Source of the DNA: Craspedostauros australis | Taxonomy: Eukaryota | NCBI GenBank assembly: GCA_030167865.1 | Contig: JALAGF010005331.1 | Coordinates: 1 to 47,903 of the forward strand | Reading direction: 5' to 3' | DNA: 47,903 nt | Part shown: positions 22,255 through 32,859 of the stretch, one piece after another | Numbering within the stretch: the stretch's first letter is position 1 | How the letters are laid out: every line of letters starts with the position of its first letter | Made by a program: the position numbers and the translations under genes | The notes under the pieces: model-generated | What the model was told of the DNA's origin: nothing | The model's input: the letters and a program-made list of their open reading frames with translations, nothing else | The model's database searches: none

Positions 22255-23706
22255 TCATCGTATTCTCCGAAAGAAGAGCTTCCACTTCTCATCCTGCAAC
22301 ACCTCCGTGGTATTGACGAGGCAAAAGGACTTGGCAAACTGCTGTTCAAACGCTTCTCTATGTTTGTCAGGTTGCGGATGCTCCACCAATGGTTCTCGCT
22401 CCATGCTCAGCGATACATCCAGCCACCACTGCTTTTCTGCCTCCGACGGACAGATCGTGAAGGACAACGCGGGCACGTCGCGCCGACGGTGATGCCATGT
22501 GGCAATGCGCTCCACAATCTGAGATCGGGTCTGCTTGCGCGGATTCGTGAACATGCCTTGCTGATACGCGTCCACGGCAATGCGATCGTAACATACGGGA
22601 TAGGATGGATTGCGATGAGCGCTGGTATCGACATCCCACTGATCCTCCAGCGTTTGACACAGTTCGGCGGATCGCAAGATGTCACACACGAAAACCGAAA
22701 GGACAGGTCTGTGAATATCCAGAACATCGAATGTCGAAGTCGGGAAGTACCGCTGGTATCGCCGCAATGCCTGCAGCGACGGATGGATCGTCCAGTTGTC
22801 GGTACGTGCGAGGAAGAGCTCGTGGACCTGCTCTTTGCGGAGGGGCGGGATGTGCTCTCCAGCGACGCCGTTGGCATGCTCGTCGGGCCAGATTTTGAAC
22901 GTAGGTTTGGCAAGCTTGCGAGTTGGTTTGATCTTTTGATTGTACAAGGAAACTGCGTATTCAAAGAACCTGCGATAGCCGACGATGATGTGAACATGGA
23001 AGTCTCGTTCAGTGATGGCATCCGCCAAGGCTTGGATGTGCACATCCTGCCACCGTTCCATCATTTCGAATACCACGATGGCGTTCGATTGTGCCTGCTT
23101 GGCCTGATCGAGCAGAGCGTGGAATTTGGGGGTCATTTGGACTGGCTGTGCTGAATGTGGTTGTGACTGTGCCTGCGCCTGCGCCAGCGAGGTCGTAGTA
23201 ATTCTCCCACCTTCACCGCCCTGAATGAAACTCGAACTGTCTTCGTAGGAATGCATGAGAAAGGCCTCCGACCGTTGCTTGGAGGATCCAATGTATTGGA
23301 AATTGTGCGCGATGAGGATTTCGTAGTTATGCAGCTTGCTGAACGTGCTTTGCAGGAAGGTGGTCGCCATCTTTTCTGGACCAACATGGAGGAATGCGGT
23401 CGGTTTGTTGGATGGAAGAAGGCTTTGTTCATCGACTTTGTTGTGTTCGTTGCGAATGAATGCATCCAATAATGGTTCTGGCGCATCCGGCGCATTCGTG
23501 CTGATAGACAGCTCTTGATGCTGGCGGTAGTTGGACATCCATATTGTGGCGAAGACCACCATCGCGATGATCTGTGTCGTGCGCCGAGAAAGGGCGAACT
23601 TAATCTTCTGTCGACGTGGAGGCAAACGGAATGCGCCTTCGCCATGTTGCTGCTTGTTGGGCCCGGGCGTTGACATCGACATCGACATCGACCTGGACAT
23701 GGACAT
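22255..23706 (-). CDS. type II membrane P-loop sulfotransferase-like protein
   Basis: N-terminal TM (IIAMVVFATIWM). FLHVGPEKMATTFLQ resembles the 5'-PSB HxGxxKTGTT motif. IIVGYRRFFEYAVSLYNQ resembles the 3'-PB motif. Confidence 0.65.
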   Translation of the reverse strand: MSMSRSMSMSMSTPGPNKQQHGEGAFRLPPRRQKIKFALSRRTTQIIAMVVFATIWMSNYRQHQELSISTNAPDAPEPLLDAFIRNEHNKVDEQSLLPSNKPTAFLHVGPEKMATTFLQSTFSKLHNYEILIAHNFQYIGSSKQRSEAFLMHSYEDSSSFIQGGEGGRITTTSLAQAQAQSQPHSAQPVQMTPKFHALLDQAKQAQSNAIVVFEMMERWQDVHIQALADAITERDFHVHIIVGYRRFFEYAVSLYNQKIKPTRKLAKPTFKIWPDEHANGVAGEHIPPLRKEQVHELFLARTDNWTIHPSLQALRRYQRYFPTSTFDVLDIHRPVLSVFVCDILRSAELCQTLEDQWDVDTSAHRNPSYPVCYDRIAVDAYQQGMFTNPRKQTRSQIVERIATWHHRRRDVPALSFTICPSEAEKQWWLDVSLSMEREPLVEHPQPDKHREAFEQQFAKSFCLVNTTEVLQDEKWKLFFRRIR

Positions 23707-24612
23707 CGGCGCCGACGGTGATGTTGATGTTGGTATTGATGTTTGCGTGTGAATGCCAATTGAGGTGCGGCTGCGGCTGCCTACAAGGGTACGAATGTGT
23801 GGATGGAAGCCGGGATGTCTTCACCCGTGACGGTACTCCTATCGGCATCTGCCCTTGCACCAGTGGCTTTCCTGCGTGACTGGCAGTGCGAGCGCCGATG
23901 TTGATCCTCGTACGACTAGAGTACGACCTATGGACACTGCGACGAAGGATCCCGGTCGCAGAAAGTCTTCCGATCAATTCTGTCGTTCCCAAAGATCTGT
24001 CGATCTCCGCTGTCTGGTTGGCTTCACCCAGGCATGACCAACGCACAACAACGAGCAACGCAAGGTAGTTTCCGGACGGTCTTCAACAGTTGTTGTGCTG
24101 TGTTGTGCTCTGCTGTGGTGGATGCTGGAGTGCGTTAGTCTCCGGGTGTGAAGGGAGGCTTGCGCAAGTCCTCGTATTGTGTGATGAAGCGTGTGCAGAG
24201 GTGGCCGTGACTGTGAGCATCGCGGTGTGGATGTGTGATTCCGAGGTTGGTGGCTGAGGATGCGAAGTCTCGTTCTGGTCGTCACTGTTGGTATTGCGTT
24301 GTGTTGGAGGGAAATGATCTAGTCTTAATCCGATAGGCTACATCACCGAAAAACCAAAACGTGACAAAATCCATCACAACCACGTCATCCGATTTCTCTT
24401 TTTGTTCCGCAACACATCACCCCAATCGACACCACAACATCACCACATTACGGCACTCCGCCATCGTTGTGTCACTGCACCGAGATGGATCTCGCACTGA
24501 ATGCACTGATTGATGCATCCACCACATCTTGCAGATCTGGAAACGGTTTGTGCACCGCTGCAATTTGTTGGAACCAAAACAGCTGGAGCACTACTCGCAG
24601 AGTAGAGTTGGA

Positions 24613-26646
24613 ATGAGAAACATCGTCGGATCTGTGGAAGGATCCAATTTGCGACGACGTCCGAGCTCCCGCCAGCGCATCTTGTGGTGGACATCGACGA
24701 AAGCAGCAGCAGCAACAACAGCAGCAACAACAGCAGCAACAACACTCGCATTGTTCTGCCTAATTGCAGTAACACAACATCAGCTCGTCATGGCGCTCAA
24801 TCCACAATCAAGCGTGCGCCAGGGCGTGCGACTCGTTTGGCACCGTCGCGATCTGCGACTGCATGACAACTGGATGTACTCGCATTGCGATGCACCTGAC
24901 ATCGCGACCATCAGCCTGTACATATTCGATCCGGCAGATTTCGCACCACGTCCTTCCACCTGCCGACCAAAGGAGTGGAACGCGGTCAACGTCGGACCCC
25001 ACGCCTGTCGGTTCTTGTTGGAATCGGTCCATGATCTGCGCAACACATTGCGATCGACTCCGTCGCTTGCGCCACCGGAAGCATCCAATGATCTGATCGT
25101 CCGATGTGGCGATCCGTTGGTCGTCATCCCGCAGCTGTTGGAAGCGATACCCAGCATCACCGAAATCAATTGGAACGAAGAGCCCGGTATGTATGAAGCC
25201 AAGCTGTCTCGCGATTTGCACTCCTTGTTGCAAACCAGATATGCATGCGACGACGGCAGAGGTAGTCTACAGCAGCAGCAGCAGCAGCTTCGAATTCGCA
25301 CATCGATGGAGTACACCTTGTATCATCCCAACGATCTGCCCAACAGGGGACAAGAATGGGAGCAGCTGGCACAACCCAACAAGAAGCGCAAGAAGAAACG
25401 GCAGCTACAGCCACCGCGTGAGCCGTTGCCACAGCATGTGATCGACGTTTCCCAATCCAGATGGGCTGGTCGGTGTCGCATCATGGGAGACTTCCGCCGT
25501 GCTGCACGCACCAAGACCAGTCCGCGACCTTGCATGCCTGCTCCGTCCCATCTGCGTCCTCCATCGATCACAGTGGATCCAGGCGCAATCCCCACCTTTG
25601 ATTCTTTGACGCGGCCGTTGATGGAGACTGGAAAGCCCATTTTGGGAATGTCAGAGCCTGTGGTCTTGGAAACGATCGAATCTGCTCGCAAGCTGTGGTG
25701 GTTGGACAGTACCGCGAGCGTTGGCGACGACAACGATGACGACGACGGCATGGTCTTGCATGGGGGTGAAACCAATGCATTGAAGCATTTGCAACACTTC
25801 GTGGCACATCATGCATCCTCAGCCAAGCGGAATCTGGCATCGGTCGAAAATCACCAAAGCTCCCATCTCAGCTCCTACCTCGCTTTTGGTTGTATCTCGC
25901 CAAGACGGATCGTCGAAGAGGCCGAAAAGCACCAGGAGAAGCAGAATGCTGGCGATTGCAACTGGCTCATCAGCCACATGACGATGCGAGACTTCTTCCT
26001 GTACACCTGCTTAGCGACAGGCAAGCAATTTTATGCACTGGATGGAATTCCGATCAACAAGAAACGCGCTGCTGATCTAGTTCAATGGAAGGCATGGGGC
26101 AGAGATGACGGTAGTGCCAGCGTCGAAGAACATTGGCAACGTTGGATGATGGGCACAACCGGCCTTCCGTTGGTGGACGCGGCAATGCGAGAGCTGCGAT
26201 GCACGGGATATTGCTCGAATCGCGTACGACAGAACGTCGCCAGTTTACTGACGAAAGATTTGGGAATCGATTGGAGGGCCGGAGCCGAGCTGTTTCAATT
26301 CCTGCTGGCGGATCACTGCGTGGGCGCCAACTGGGGCAACTGGTTGTACTTTTCAGGCGTCGGGCCGGATCCCAAACACAGGCACTTCCGCACGATCTCG
26401 CAAGCATTGAAGTACGACGAAGATGGACAATACGTGCGCAAGTGGGTCCAGGAATTATCGCATCTGCGAAGCAGGGAGGCTCACTTGAGACCGTGGGATT
26501 ATGACGACACACCAGCAGACGGGACAGACGAGAGAGAGACAGCAATGGCAGCTCCATGGAGAACGCCCATCGTCGATCCAAACACCCAGTATGTGTGGCA
26601 GGATGTAGAACGTCTGAAGGAGCATGGACAGCTGTTTCCATTGTAA
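24613..26646 (+). CDS. cryptochrome/photolyase family flavoprotein, CRY-DASH-like (start 24613 or 24790)
   Basis: VWHRRDLRLHDN, GGETNALKHL, SSHLSSYLAFGCISPR, RDFF, GTTGLPLVDAAMREL, SNRVRQNVASLLTKDLGIDWRAGAE, NWGNW..SGVGPDP, YDEDGQYVRKWVQEL. Confidence 0.92.
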   Translation: MRNIVGSVEGSNLRRRPSSRQRILWWTSTKAAAATTAATTAATTLALFCLIAVTQHQLVMALNPQSSVRQGVRLVWHRRDLRLHDNWMYSHCDAPDIATISLYIFDPADFAPRPSTCRPKEWNAVNVGPHACRFLLESVHDLRNTLRSTPSLAPPEASNDLIVRCGDPLVVIPQLLEAIPSITEINWNEEPGMYEAKLSRDLHSLLQTRYACDDGRGSLQQQQQQLRIRTSMEYTLYHPNDLPNRGQEWEQLAQPNKKRKKKRQLQPPREPLPQHVIDVSQSRWAGRCRIMGDFRRAARTKTSPRPCMPAPSHLRPPSITVDPGAIPTFDSLTRPLMETGKPILGMSEPVVLETIESARKLWWLDSTASVGDDNDDDDGMVLHGGETNALKHLQHFVAHHASSAKRNLASVENHQSSHLSSYLAFGCISPRRIVEEAEKHQEKQNAGDCNWLISHMTMRDFFLYTCLATGKQFYALDGIPINKKRAADLVQWKAWGRDDGSASVEEHWQRWMMGTTGLPLVDAAMRELRCTGYCSNRVRQNVASLLTKDLGIDWRAGAELFQFLLADHCVGANWGNWLYFSGVGPDPKHRHFRTISQALKYDEDGQYVRKWVQELSHLRSREAHLRPWDYDDTPADGTDERETAMAAPWRTPIVDPNTQYVWQDVERLKEHGQLFPL

Positions 26647-27674
26647 CTTGGATGATTCCAGCATTATGCTCTAGAGGGTAGAGTAGCTTGTCAAGTGTAG
26701 AGTGACTCGTCTCGCCAAGAACGTGTTTGTTGTTGTCGAGATTCGTCCGTCGCACTGTTGCGCGTAGTCGAATTGTCACTGGCAACAAGGCGATCGTGCG
26801 CTCTGTTGCTGGGAAGATTCGGATGCGACATGAAATGGCGAAGTGCCATCATCAAGTCTGACCAATCAGAGGTCCCTAAAGTGATGACCGGGAAGGAACT
26901 GCCTCCCTGTTTTGGGCGGTTGGCGGAGGGAGATTCCCGAAGAGGAATCTCTGCTGGAAGAATTGGATCGAAGAGAAGAGTTTCGATGAAGTTCCTCGCT
27001 CGAACCTCCGAGCTGATGTGTCCGATTGGCGACATCTTGACATGTCGCTGGCAACTCCGCCCAGTGGAAGTGCACGATGGGAAGTTGATGTCAGCGCCCA
27101 CACACGACTATTGAGAGATTCCCCACACGACAGAGAACAGTTTTTCTGCGTTGGACTCTTCGCTCACCTCTGAATTTGCGGAAGTGGCACCTTTTCTGCA
27201 ATGATAAAGTCCCAAAAGGCACTCAAATAAAGAGAAAAGCGGCACAGTCACCATTGAGGACGTCAGCAGTGACACCGTTTTCACCAATCACAAACGACGG
27301 ATCAGCCAATAGCCCTTTTCGTTCTGTGCTTTTGACGGTTTGGCGCAGATTCGACCGCAGCCAATCGAGAGATTCACTTTCGTGTTGTTTTGCGCGATGC
27401 AGTTTTGTGTCTGTCTTGTTCGTGTTGTTGGTGGTGTCGCGAACGACTCAGAGTTGCCACAGCTGAAACCCAGTCAGGCACACAGAGACGCGAAGACACG
27501 TGGACTTCACGCACATCAGCCATCACTCACCACTGAACCCGCAACTGCAGCGAGCCCAGAGAAGGAAGCACACAATCAGCATCAACCAGCATCGATCAAC
27601 ATCATAACACAATCACAAACACAAACACAGACATTGACAACTCCACCAAGACTACCCACCATCACACTATCAAC

Positions 27675-28358
27675 ATGAGCAGATTCCCATCAACGAACTC
27701 CTGCAACGCAATCATGCGATCGGTGATGTTCACTTTGCTGGTCTGCGCCATGATGGCGGCAACACCATGCCTCGCATTCACAGTCGCACCATCTCAGGCC
27801 CACGCAGCACGCGGCGTTCCGGCACAGCAATCACAAACACCACAGAAGCGCCAGTATCAGCACATGCACTCAGCCGCCTCGGTGATGGAACCATCGAAAG
27901 AGCGCAACGGTCAATCCGCGAGCCGCAACATCACGGGCCCAAGCATCGTGTCCCGCGTCAAGCGCGCCGCTGAGAGAGTCTACGCACACAACCCAGCTCG
28001 AAGATTCATGGAACGACGCAACGCCATCGCCAACTACCAGGTCGTGACCATGGTGAGCGAACTCCAGGACGTCGTCGCCGATAGCCAATCGACCGTCGCT
28101 GTCATGTACCACGCATCGTGGTGCAAGTCGTGCCAATCGGTCGCACCGCACTTCCGCAAGATGTCCAAGAAGTACCCGCACATCAAGTTCATCCAGGTTC
28201 AGGTGACGAAGGAGCTCATGAAGTCGAGGAACGTGAACGGCATCACCAAGTTCCCGTACGCGCAGATCTACACACCGAATCTCGGTCTCGTGGTGGAGCA
28301 GCCGCTTCTGCGAAAGCACCTTAGCGGCTTCGAGGCCCGACTCCTGGAGAAGGTCTGA
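27675..28358 (+). CDS. plastid-targeted thioredoxin-like protein (WCKSC)
   Basis: VAVMYHASWCKSCQSVAPHF, IKFIQV, GITKFPYAQIY (cis-Pro). Bipartite presequence with CLA|FTV. Confidence 0.88.
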   Translation: MSRFPSTNSCNAIMRSVMFTLLVCAMMAATPCLAFTVAPSQAHAARGVPAQQSQTPQKRQYQHMHSAASVMEPSKERNGQSASRNITGPSIVSRVKRAAERVYAHNPARRFMERRNAIANYQVVTMVSELQDVVADSQSTVAVMYHASWCKSCQSVAPHFRKMSKKYPHIKFIQVQVTKELMKSRNVNGITKFPYAQIYTPNLGLVVEQPLLRKHLSGFEARLLEKV

Positions 28359-29664
28359 AGACGCACATGCATGTGTACCGACTTGAATACCACAACCAAC
28401 ATCGCAGCACAATGCGACTCAAGACCAACGGCCAAGGCAGCCGGCATCGAATCTGTGCAATTTTGCACGGTTTCGCAAGTTCCACGAGGAATCTCCACAT
28501 AGTTTTGTGGCACAGATTCTCTCACCTGTTACGAACCACCTTGGCGAACCTCGAGATTCGAGACAGAAGCATGAATCCAGCCTCAGCAAGCACTTCCGCC
28601 ACACAAACGGCAGGAACTAAAGCTTCTGTCGAAAGCCCTTCAACCGGCACCAGGCAGAGCTATGAATGTGCACAGACCCATGCAAGCCTTCGATTTGTAT
28701 AAATCTGAAGCCTGGGGTGACGCTCCAGAAAGGAATCGTCCAGCAACGCTGATGGCGCACACCAGCTACGGAAAGCAGAGCCATGGGAGACGGATGGACA
28801 ACATCCAGCGCACTCGCATCACGGCATTGGCAGGCTGCTCGCAACACGCCAAGGCTCCCGTCGCGACAAACGAGACGGCGAAGGCCACAAGGACACACAC
28901 TCGGCGTAGCCCAGTCGTTTGGGCTCGTCTCTGCGCCGCCATGGAGCACGAGCAGCAACAGCAACCTGCGTAAGAGAGCCACAAACAAACAGACCCAATA
29001 GAATTGACAGCGCTACCAGCAATGTACTGCCGCTAACTGAAATAGAGAAGAATAGATAAGAGCGCGATAGACTACCTACAATCACAACTACCACACCCTC
29101 CTCCATTCTCTTCATCAAACACGCCTGTGCAGCCGCCACGACAGCCTTGGACACTGCGCATCTCCACCGAACCAAAGCATCCGTTCTGCACGACGACGAC
29201 TACTCCGGTGCCCGTGTGAGGGACACAACGGATGCTCCTCAACGCAAGAGATCGCCCACCTTGAACCAAAGTCGGCGATTCCCGCCAAAGATTCTTCATG
29301 TGATTCAGATGACTCCTTCGACCTAGGCTGACGCATCTTGTCGATGTGATGGCCGCGAAAGACACGAAACATGATCTGGCGATGATGCCGACACTCTTGC
29401 CATCTGACTTGGTTGGCTGGACAGATCCTTTCCTTCGTTGGCCTGCCATCGTGATCATCGTCAGCATCACCATCATCATCATCGTCTCCAACAACGCCAA
29501 CAACAACGCCAGCAGCAAAGAAGTACAGCTCAGCGACATCCCATCCATCGTTACATCTTCATCATCGGCGATCTACGATACCTGCACTCGTGCCTACTCG
29601 TCGAAGATACTCGCGACAATCTGCATTCAACAGTTGCAACAAAATCCACCCCGTCGAAGTCACC

Positions 29665-30426
29665 ATGATGAAGTCCATGATCGTTTCGCTCGCAGCGCTT
29701 GCCCTCATCGGCAACGACGTGTCCGCGCTGTCCTCCAACAACGGCATCGCGCCGAAGCAGAGCTTGGCGTCTGCCACAACGCGCAGAACCGCCATTGCCT
29801 CCATCGGATTCGGCCTCGTCTCGATCGCGCAACCCGTGCAAGCCGCCGACGGACAAAAGAACTTCGCACCCGGCGGCACCCTCGTCGATTACGAGGTCGG
29901 AGTCAACGTCGGCAACGCCCAGGCCAGCATGTCGCGCAAACCCGACAATTCCAACGTCCTCTTCAATCAGGACTATTACTACAAATTCGGCACGGCGCCG
30001 ACGTGGGTCGTCGACGACAGCTTCCCCAAGACCATGCCCTTCACGGTGTCGCAGCAGCGGTACGATGCCTTGAAGAAGTACAAGGACCGCGTGTTGCGTG
30101 GCGTTGCCAAGGTGCAGGATCTGAAGGATCCATCTGCCGACGTGCTGAGCCACGACGCGCCGGAATACTCCATCCGCCCCATGGGATTGTTGGCCAACAA
30201 CTTCCTGGCCAGCGAGAATACGGGCACGACGAACGAGCTGCTGTTGGCGCGGTGGTACATCAACGAGATCTACCTGGACATCGAAGATGTGCGGACGGCC
30301 AAGACAGCGCAGGAACGCAAGGACTCCTACGCGGCCTTGGTGAATGCTATGAATTCGTACTTGTACATGATGAACCGCGTCATCACGCCCAAGGTGGGGG
30401 ATAAGTTTGTCTTGATTGAGCTGTAA
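29665..30426 (+). CDS. thylakoid lumen protein (Tat-targeted), helical PsbQ-like C-terminus possible
   Basis: Signal MMKSMIVSLAALALIGNDVSA|L, short transit region, then TRR + hydrophobic core + VQA|A. Strong C/G-ending codon bias. Confidence 0.72.
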   Translation: MMKSMIVSLAALALIGNDVSALSSNNGIAPKQSLASATTRRTAIASIGFGLVSIAQPVQAADGQKNFAPGGTLVDYEVGVNVGNAQASMSRKPDNSNVLFNQDYYYKFGTAPTWVVDDSFPKTMPFTVSQQRYDALKKYKDRVLRGVAKVQDLKDPSADVLSHDAPEYSIRPMGLLANNFLASENTGTTNELLLARWYINEIYLDIEDVRTAKTAQERKDSYAALVNAMNSYLYMMNRVITPKVGDKFVLIEL

Positions 30427-30795
30427 ATAGCTACAACAAAGGAGAGCGTTCGACACTTCTGTACACATAGCACTGTTATCGCATTGGGTGTGTCTATCTT
30501 TATCATCCGCGGTGGGGAATCGTGAGCACAACCTTCGTTGCCGATGTTGATATCGAAATTGAGATGGTGCAGATGGATGGATGAAAGGATAAGCAGAATC
30601 AAAAGAGGAGCTTTCTCACCACGCACTCATGCATGTACCGATACAGTCATCCACCCAGCATACTATGCAATGGTGTGTAACTGTGTTTAGTAAAATGCTC
30701 ATATATTGCTCTATTGGTACAGTTATGATGGCTGTTTGTTAACCTCTGAAAGTATGCATGCATATCTGTCTGCGTGACAGTCGTTGCCGGGCATG

Positions 30796-32472
30796 TTAGT
30801 TGAGCTTGCAGTGGAGCCCATCCGAGTCGCAGCAGTGCGAGGAGCATGTGCATGTGAGATCATTGCTTGCACAGTCCAAATACAGGATGTTGATAGTGTT
30901 TTGAGGGGAGCAGAAGGCGGCATCGGCCGATCCAGTGAGGTCGTTGCCTTCGAGCATTACCGTCTTGAGGTGTGTAGCAGCGGACAGCTCGGCTGGAATC
31001 TCTCCGTTCAGTTGGTTTTGGTCTGTGTTGTCGTGGAGTGCAGAGTCGTGGAAGAGTGCAGCCCAGCGCGGTGCAGCAGAGTACAATACAGAAGAATGGG
31101 ATGGAGGGAGACATGAGTGAAGCCGCAAATCCAATGAATGTGAGAAAAGGCATGTAATCAAGCATCTCTTGGTATAGTCGTAGAACAGGGCGCATACCGG
31201 AGTGGTGACAGTCCTTTGGTAGTGGACAAACACTGATTGGCTTTCGCAAGCACAGAACCCTTTCCTCAGCGGGTACTTACACAGAAGGAGTTCCGAGAGC
31301 TTTCCAAGTTTCCCGAATGACGCTGGTATCGGTCCTTGCAATTGGTTTCTGGCAAGATTCAGCTTGTGCAGATTGCTGAGGTTGCCAAGCTCTGCGGGCA
31401 GTTCTCCCGAGATGTAGTTTCCGGCTGCATGATGAAGAGGCATGTGTTTGTGTGGTGGGAACATGAAGAGAGTGAGAGAAAGAGAAAAGTGAGGATGTGT
31501 GTACGTACGATGCGTGAACTTGAGTGACTGCGATGATGATGATGAAAGGACGCGCAAAGGTTTCAAAGAAGATGGATGCCCAACAATGAACGATCCGGCG
31601 TTCGCACAACCGCACTTACACATGTAGATGGAATGAAGATCCTCCAGCAAACCAAGCTCGCTGGGAAGCGGTCCCGACATGTCATTGAGTGTGAAGATGA
31701 GCTTGTGGATGGTGCCTTGCGGCGTGCATTCGATGCCTTCGACCTGTCTGCCCTTCTCGCCGTTGTTCCAATCGCACGTGTACTTGGCGGACAGGAAGTG
31801 ACGCTGATGGTTCCAGCCATCGCCGTTGGTGGAGAAGAAGAGCACGACGGCGACGAAGCGTTCCAGGATGTACTGATCTTCAAAGGCCTTGAAATCCAGC
31901 AGGCTGACATCGAGCTCGGCCAACCACAGCACCGCATGCCCTTGCGGCGTGTTGGGGTCCGTCATGAGCTCGCGCGATGCGCCCATCTTCGCCAGCTTGT
32001 CTGTCAGGACTTCGATGCGGGACTTGTGAGAATCGCGTTGTTCGTCGCTGTTGTCGTCGAGGCAGCTGGGCTCTTGGTTTGCGGCGCCTGATGATTGGGC
32101 GATCTGATCGTCGGAGTTGCTGCGGCCGGACCATGTGCCGCGGCGCTGGAACCAAATGAGCAGGGACAGGACGACGATGACCTTGAGTGAGATGCTGAGC
32201 GCGACGCAGAGCATCCGCCGCCGGCGTTTGTTCTTGCGTTGGAATGCTCGGCCATCCGGGGCAGTCGATATTGCCTGGTCCAGCGCGAGGCTGTCCTGGA
32301 ATCCTCCGTCGGAATATGATGTTGACGATGGTGGCGGAGACGGCGTGTGGTCCTGCAGCTTGGCTTTGTCCATGTGGACGTCCGTCAAGCCGCCCTCTTC
32401 ATCTTGGAAGGCGGGTTCGCCGCCGGTGGACGAACTGTGGCCGTAGCTGAAGGATTTGTTGGCTTCGTACAT
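30796..32472 (-). CDS. type II membrane leucine-rich-repeat protein; exons 32472-31620, 31424-31281, 31022-30796
   Basis: Basic stretch + TM, then cap DPNTPQGHAVLWLA..ERFVAVVLFFSTNGDGW..CDW..GIEC and plant-type LRRs (SGPLPSELGLL, SGELPAELGNL, QGPIPASFGKL). Removing GTAAGT..CAG introns 31619-31425 and 31280-31023 restores LRR periodicity. The ORF-track start at 32535 is GTG. Confidence 0.88.
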   Translation of the reverse strand: MYEANKSFSYGHSSSTGGEPAFQDEEGGLTDVHMDKAKLQDHTPSPPPSSTSYSDGGFQDSLALDQAISTAPDGRAFQRKNKRRRRMLCVALSISLKVIVVLSLLIWFQRRGTWSGRSNSDDQIAQSSGAANQEPSCLDDNSDEQRDSHKSRIEVLTDKLAKMGASRELMTDPNTPQGHAVLWLAELDVSLLDFKAFEDQYILERFVAVVLFFSTNGDGWNHQRHFLSAKYTCDWNNGEKGRQVEGIECTPQGTIHKLIFTLNDMSGPLPSELGLLEDLHSIYMCKCGCANAGSFIVGHPSSLKPLRVLSSSSSQSLKFTHRTYTHPHFSLSLTLFMFPPHKHMPLHHAAGNYISGELPAELGNLSNLHKLNLARNQLQGPIPASFGKLGKLSELLLCKYPLRKGFCACESQSVFVHYQRTVTTPVCALFYDYTKRCLITCLFSHSLDLRLHSCLPPSHSSVLYSAAPRWAALFHDSALHDNTDQNQLNGEIPAELSAATHLKTVMLEGNDLTGSADAAFCSPQNTINILYLDCASNDLTCTCSSHCCDSDGLHCKLN

Positions 32473-32608
32473 GGTCTGTTCTCTGTTGGCGTGATTGTTC
32501 TCGCTGTCCGAAATGCTTCCCTGCGGTCTGCTCACTTTTTGTGCCAGCGCGTTTGATTGATCGGTCAGTTGATTCCTGAGAGCTGATTTCTGATTTCTGG
32601 GGGCTGAT

Positions 32609-32656
32609 TGCTGAGAGGTGACTGCTGAGAGGTGACTGCTGAGAGGTGACTGCTGA
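32609..32656. repeat. 14-bp tandem repeat TGCTGAGAGGTGAC x3.4
   Basis: Three exact copies plus TGCTGA, just upstream of the LRR gene. Confidence 0.9.
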
Positions 32657-32826
32657 ACTGATTGAATTCTCGATCGAATGACTGTTTAGATGCGCCTGTT
32701 GTGTAGATGCCTGGCGCCCAAGTAGTGTTGAGGATGATGGTTCTTTGCGGAGTGTTGCGTGTCGGATGATGGATCGTATGAATATTGTGTGATCGGATCG
32801 TTTGTGGCAACTCTGATCGATCTGTG

Positions 32827-32859
32827 TCGTATCGTATCGTATCGTATCGTATCGTATCG
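32827..32859. repeat. (TCGTA)n microsatellite
   Basis: Six exact units plus TCG. Confidence 0.9.

Noticed and set aside
19430..23154. Long antisense ORFs 19430-20365 (-) and 22066-23154 (+)
   Set aside because: Shadow ORFs of real genes on the opposite strand, expected from GC3-rich codon usage; no motifs.
29346..30531. ORFs 29346-30404 (+) and 29551-30531 (-) overlapping the lumen-protein gene
   Set aside because: Alternative-frame and antisense shadows with low-complexity Arg/Ala/Val-rich translations.
32609..32656. Direct repeats as a CRISPR-like array
   Set aside because: The units are contiguous with no spacers, and the context is eukaryotic with no cas genes.
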